Sequence record: DRR723986_1789
Reading direction: 5' to 3' (one strand)
DNA length: 64,000 bases
Under the pieces are notes generated by a model, which saw only the letters and a program-made list of their open reading frames with translations, was not told the origin of the DNA and did not search any database. A program made the translations under genes and the position numbers. How positions within the stretch are numbered: the stretch's first letter is position 1; each line of letters opens with the position of its first letter. This document shows, piece after piece, positions 62,220 through 64,000 of the stretch.

Positions 62220-64000
62220 ATGACCTCGATGGCGGACAGTCTGGTTAACAGCGCGATGCGGCCTTTGCAGTTGCGCCGCCGACCAGACTTAGAAAGCAAA
62301 CGGCACCGCTACCATGGACGCGCGTACTGGGTCGTCAAAGAACCCGTTGGACTGAATTACTATCGGTTCCATGAGGAAGAATTCGCAATCCTGAATATGC
62401 TAGACGGCAACATCAGCCTGCAGCAGATCAAGGAACGCTTCCAAGCCGAGTTTGCGCCTCAACGAATCACACTTCAGGATCTGCAACAGTTCGTCGGAAT
62501 GTTGCACCGTAGCGGCTTGGTCATTTCACAGGCCAACGGACAAGGACGGCAACTAAGGCGGCGTGGCGATCAGAAGAAGAAAAAGGAACTGCTAGGCAAG
62601 CTCACCAATATCTTTGCCCTGCGGTTCCGAGGTATCGACCCAGAAAAAATCCTCAACGTTCTCAACCCGTTCACTTGGTGGCTCTTTACTGTACCGGCAC
62701 TGATCGTCGTGGCCATGTTTGGTCTCAGCGCGATCATGTTGGTACTGATCAATTTCCAAGAGTTCCAAACCAAACTGCCGACGTTCGAGCAGTTTTTCGC
62801 GGCGCACAACTGGCTGTACCTAGGTGCAACCATGGGGATCGTGAAGATTTTGCACGAGTTTGGGCACGGCCTGAGCTGTAAACGCTACGGAGGTGAATGC
62901 CATGAAATGGGCTTCATGTTCCTCGTCTTTACACCCTGCCTGTACTGCAACGTTTCCGATTCCTGGATGCTGCCGAACAAGTGGCACCGCGTCTTCATCG
63001 GCGCGGCTGGAATGTACGTTGAGCTGATTCTTGCAACGATCGCCACCTATTTATGGTGGTTTAGCCAACCCGGCATGGTCAATTTTTTATGCCTGTCGGT
63101 GATGTTCATCTGTTCTGTCAGCACGGTTGTCTTTAACGGCAACCCGCTGCTGAGGTTCGACGGCTACTACATCCTGATGGACATCCTCGAGATCCCCAAC
63201 CTTCGCCAGAAGGCATCGGAGATCCTCAAGCGAAGCTTCCAAAAGTACTGCCTCGGTTTGGAGCTTCAGGAGAACCCGTTTCTTCCACAGCGGAAGCAGT
63301 TTTGGTTCGCCCTCTACACAGTGGCGTCGATCGTCTACCGATGGGTCGTTGTGTTCTCAATCATGATGTTCCTGATGAAAGTCCTCGAGCCGTATGGGCT
63401 AGAGGCGCTCGGGCGTGTCGTCGCGGTTGCTGGCCTGGCCGGCATGATTATCCAGCCGATTTGGCAATCCATCAAATTCTTAAGGACACCAGGTAGGGCG
63501 AGCAAGATGAAGAGAAAGAACATCCTCACCAGCTTGACGATTGCGACCGCGAGCATCGCGGGAATCTGCTTCATCCCACTGCCGTTCCACGTCGATTGCG
63601 CAGTCGTTATCGAACCACAAGAAGCACGGCAAGTCTTCGCGATGGTTCCAGGACGATTGGTTGAGTGGAACAAAAAGCCCGGCGATAGTGTCGAAGAAGG
63701 GGAAACAATCGCCCTGCTCGAAAACAGTGACCTGCAGTACCAGCTCGTTTCCTATATGGGCGAATACGAGGTGTCGAAGCAGAAGCTGAATGCCTACCGC
63801 GATATGAGCTACAACGATGACCAGACTGCAGCACAATTGAAGATGCAGGAAGAAGTTGTCGCCACGAATTTATCCAGGGTGCTAGAGTTCCAGAAGAAGG
63901 TCGACATGCTGCAGGTGAAGAGCAAGGCGGCGGGCTTTGTCCTTCCCGCGCCAGCGAAGCCCGAGCCTCAGGGCGCTGCCGAAGAGCAACTACCAACTTG
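62220..64000 (+). CDS. Site-2 protease (peptidase M50) fused to an N-terminal PqqD/RRE-like domain and a C-terminal HlyD-like domain; partial, runs off window
   Basis: Absent from the ORF track because it has no stop; my translation from ATG 62220 reads MTSMADSLVNSAMRPLQLRRRPDL...YWVVKEP...MLDGNISL...KILHEFGHG...NGNPLLRFDGYY, then VFAMVPGRL..KPGDSV.EGE. Confidence 0.9.
   Translation, partial: MTSMADSLVNSAMRPLQLRRRPDLESKRHRYHGRAYWVVKEPVGLNYYRFHEEEFAILNMLDGNISLQQIKERFQAEFAPQRITLQDLQQFVGMLHRSGLVISQANGQGRQLRRRGDQKKKKELLGKLTNIFALRFRGIDPEKILNVLNPFTWWLFTVPALIVVAMFGLSAIMLVLINFQEFQTKLPTFEQFFAAHNWLYLGATMGIVKILHEFGHGLSCKRYGGECHEMGFMFLVFTPCLYCNVSDSWMLPNKWHRVFIGAAGMYVELILATIATYLWWFSQPGMVNFLCLSVMFICSVSTVVFNGNPLLRFDGYYILMDILEIPNLRQKASEILKRSFQKYCLGLELQENPFLPQRKQFWFALYTVASIVYRWVVVFSIMMFLMKVLEPYGLEALGRVVAVAGLAGMIIQPIWQSIKFLRTPGRASKMKRKNILTSLTIATASIAGICFIPLPFHVDCAVVIEPQEARQVFAMVPGRLVEWNKKPGDSVEEGETIALLENSDLQYQLVSYMGEYEVSKQKLNAYRDMSYNDDQTAAQLKMQEEVVATNLSRVLEFQKKVDMLQVKSKAAGFVLPAPAKPEPQGAAEEQLPT

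Overview
This ~55% GC window looks like Planctomycetota chromosome, probably Pirellulaceae-like. That is inferred from the RpoB/RpoC style, fhcBA C1-transfer genes, a CxAxR sulfatase and planctomycete-type secreted proteins. It opens with REP-like repeats and rpoB-rpoC. Next come gdhA, an SMC/Rad50-like ATPase fused to two DUF4332-like modules, a YtrA/GntR-ABC operon with a visible promoter and operator, a TAXI-TRAP transporter, a CNNM/CBS protein and PPi-type Pfk. A + strand run follows (HEAT protein, DNase I-like lipoprotein, GlmU-like protein, fhcB, fhcA), then thrC, dinB, a GH57 enzyme, two EPS glycosyltransferases, a sulfatase, a cupin, mnmD, a thioester alpha-2-macroglobulin, rph and glmS. 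It ends in a GAF/HlyD/site-2-protease cluster truncated by the window edge. I saw no rRNA, tRNA, CRISPR array or transposase. The most interesting signals are: (1) a putative free-standing, pseudoknot-rich ncRNA at ~43362-43555; (2) a triple membrane-fusion-protein/M50-protease export-like system with a divergent GAF paralog carrying a Zn-ribbon-like domain; (3) a priming glycosyltransferase fused to a degenerate GGDEF domain that keeps the RxxD c-di-GMP I-site.
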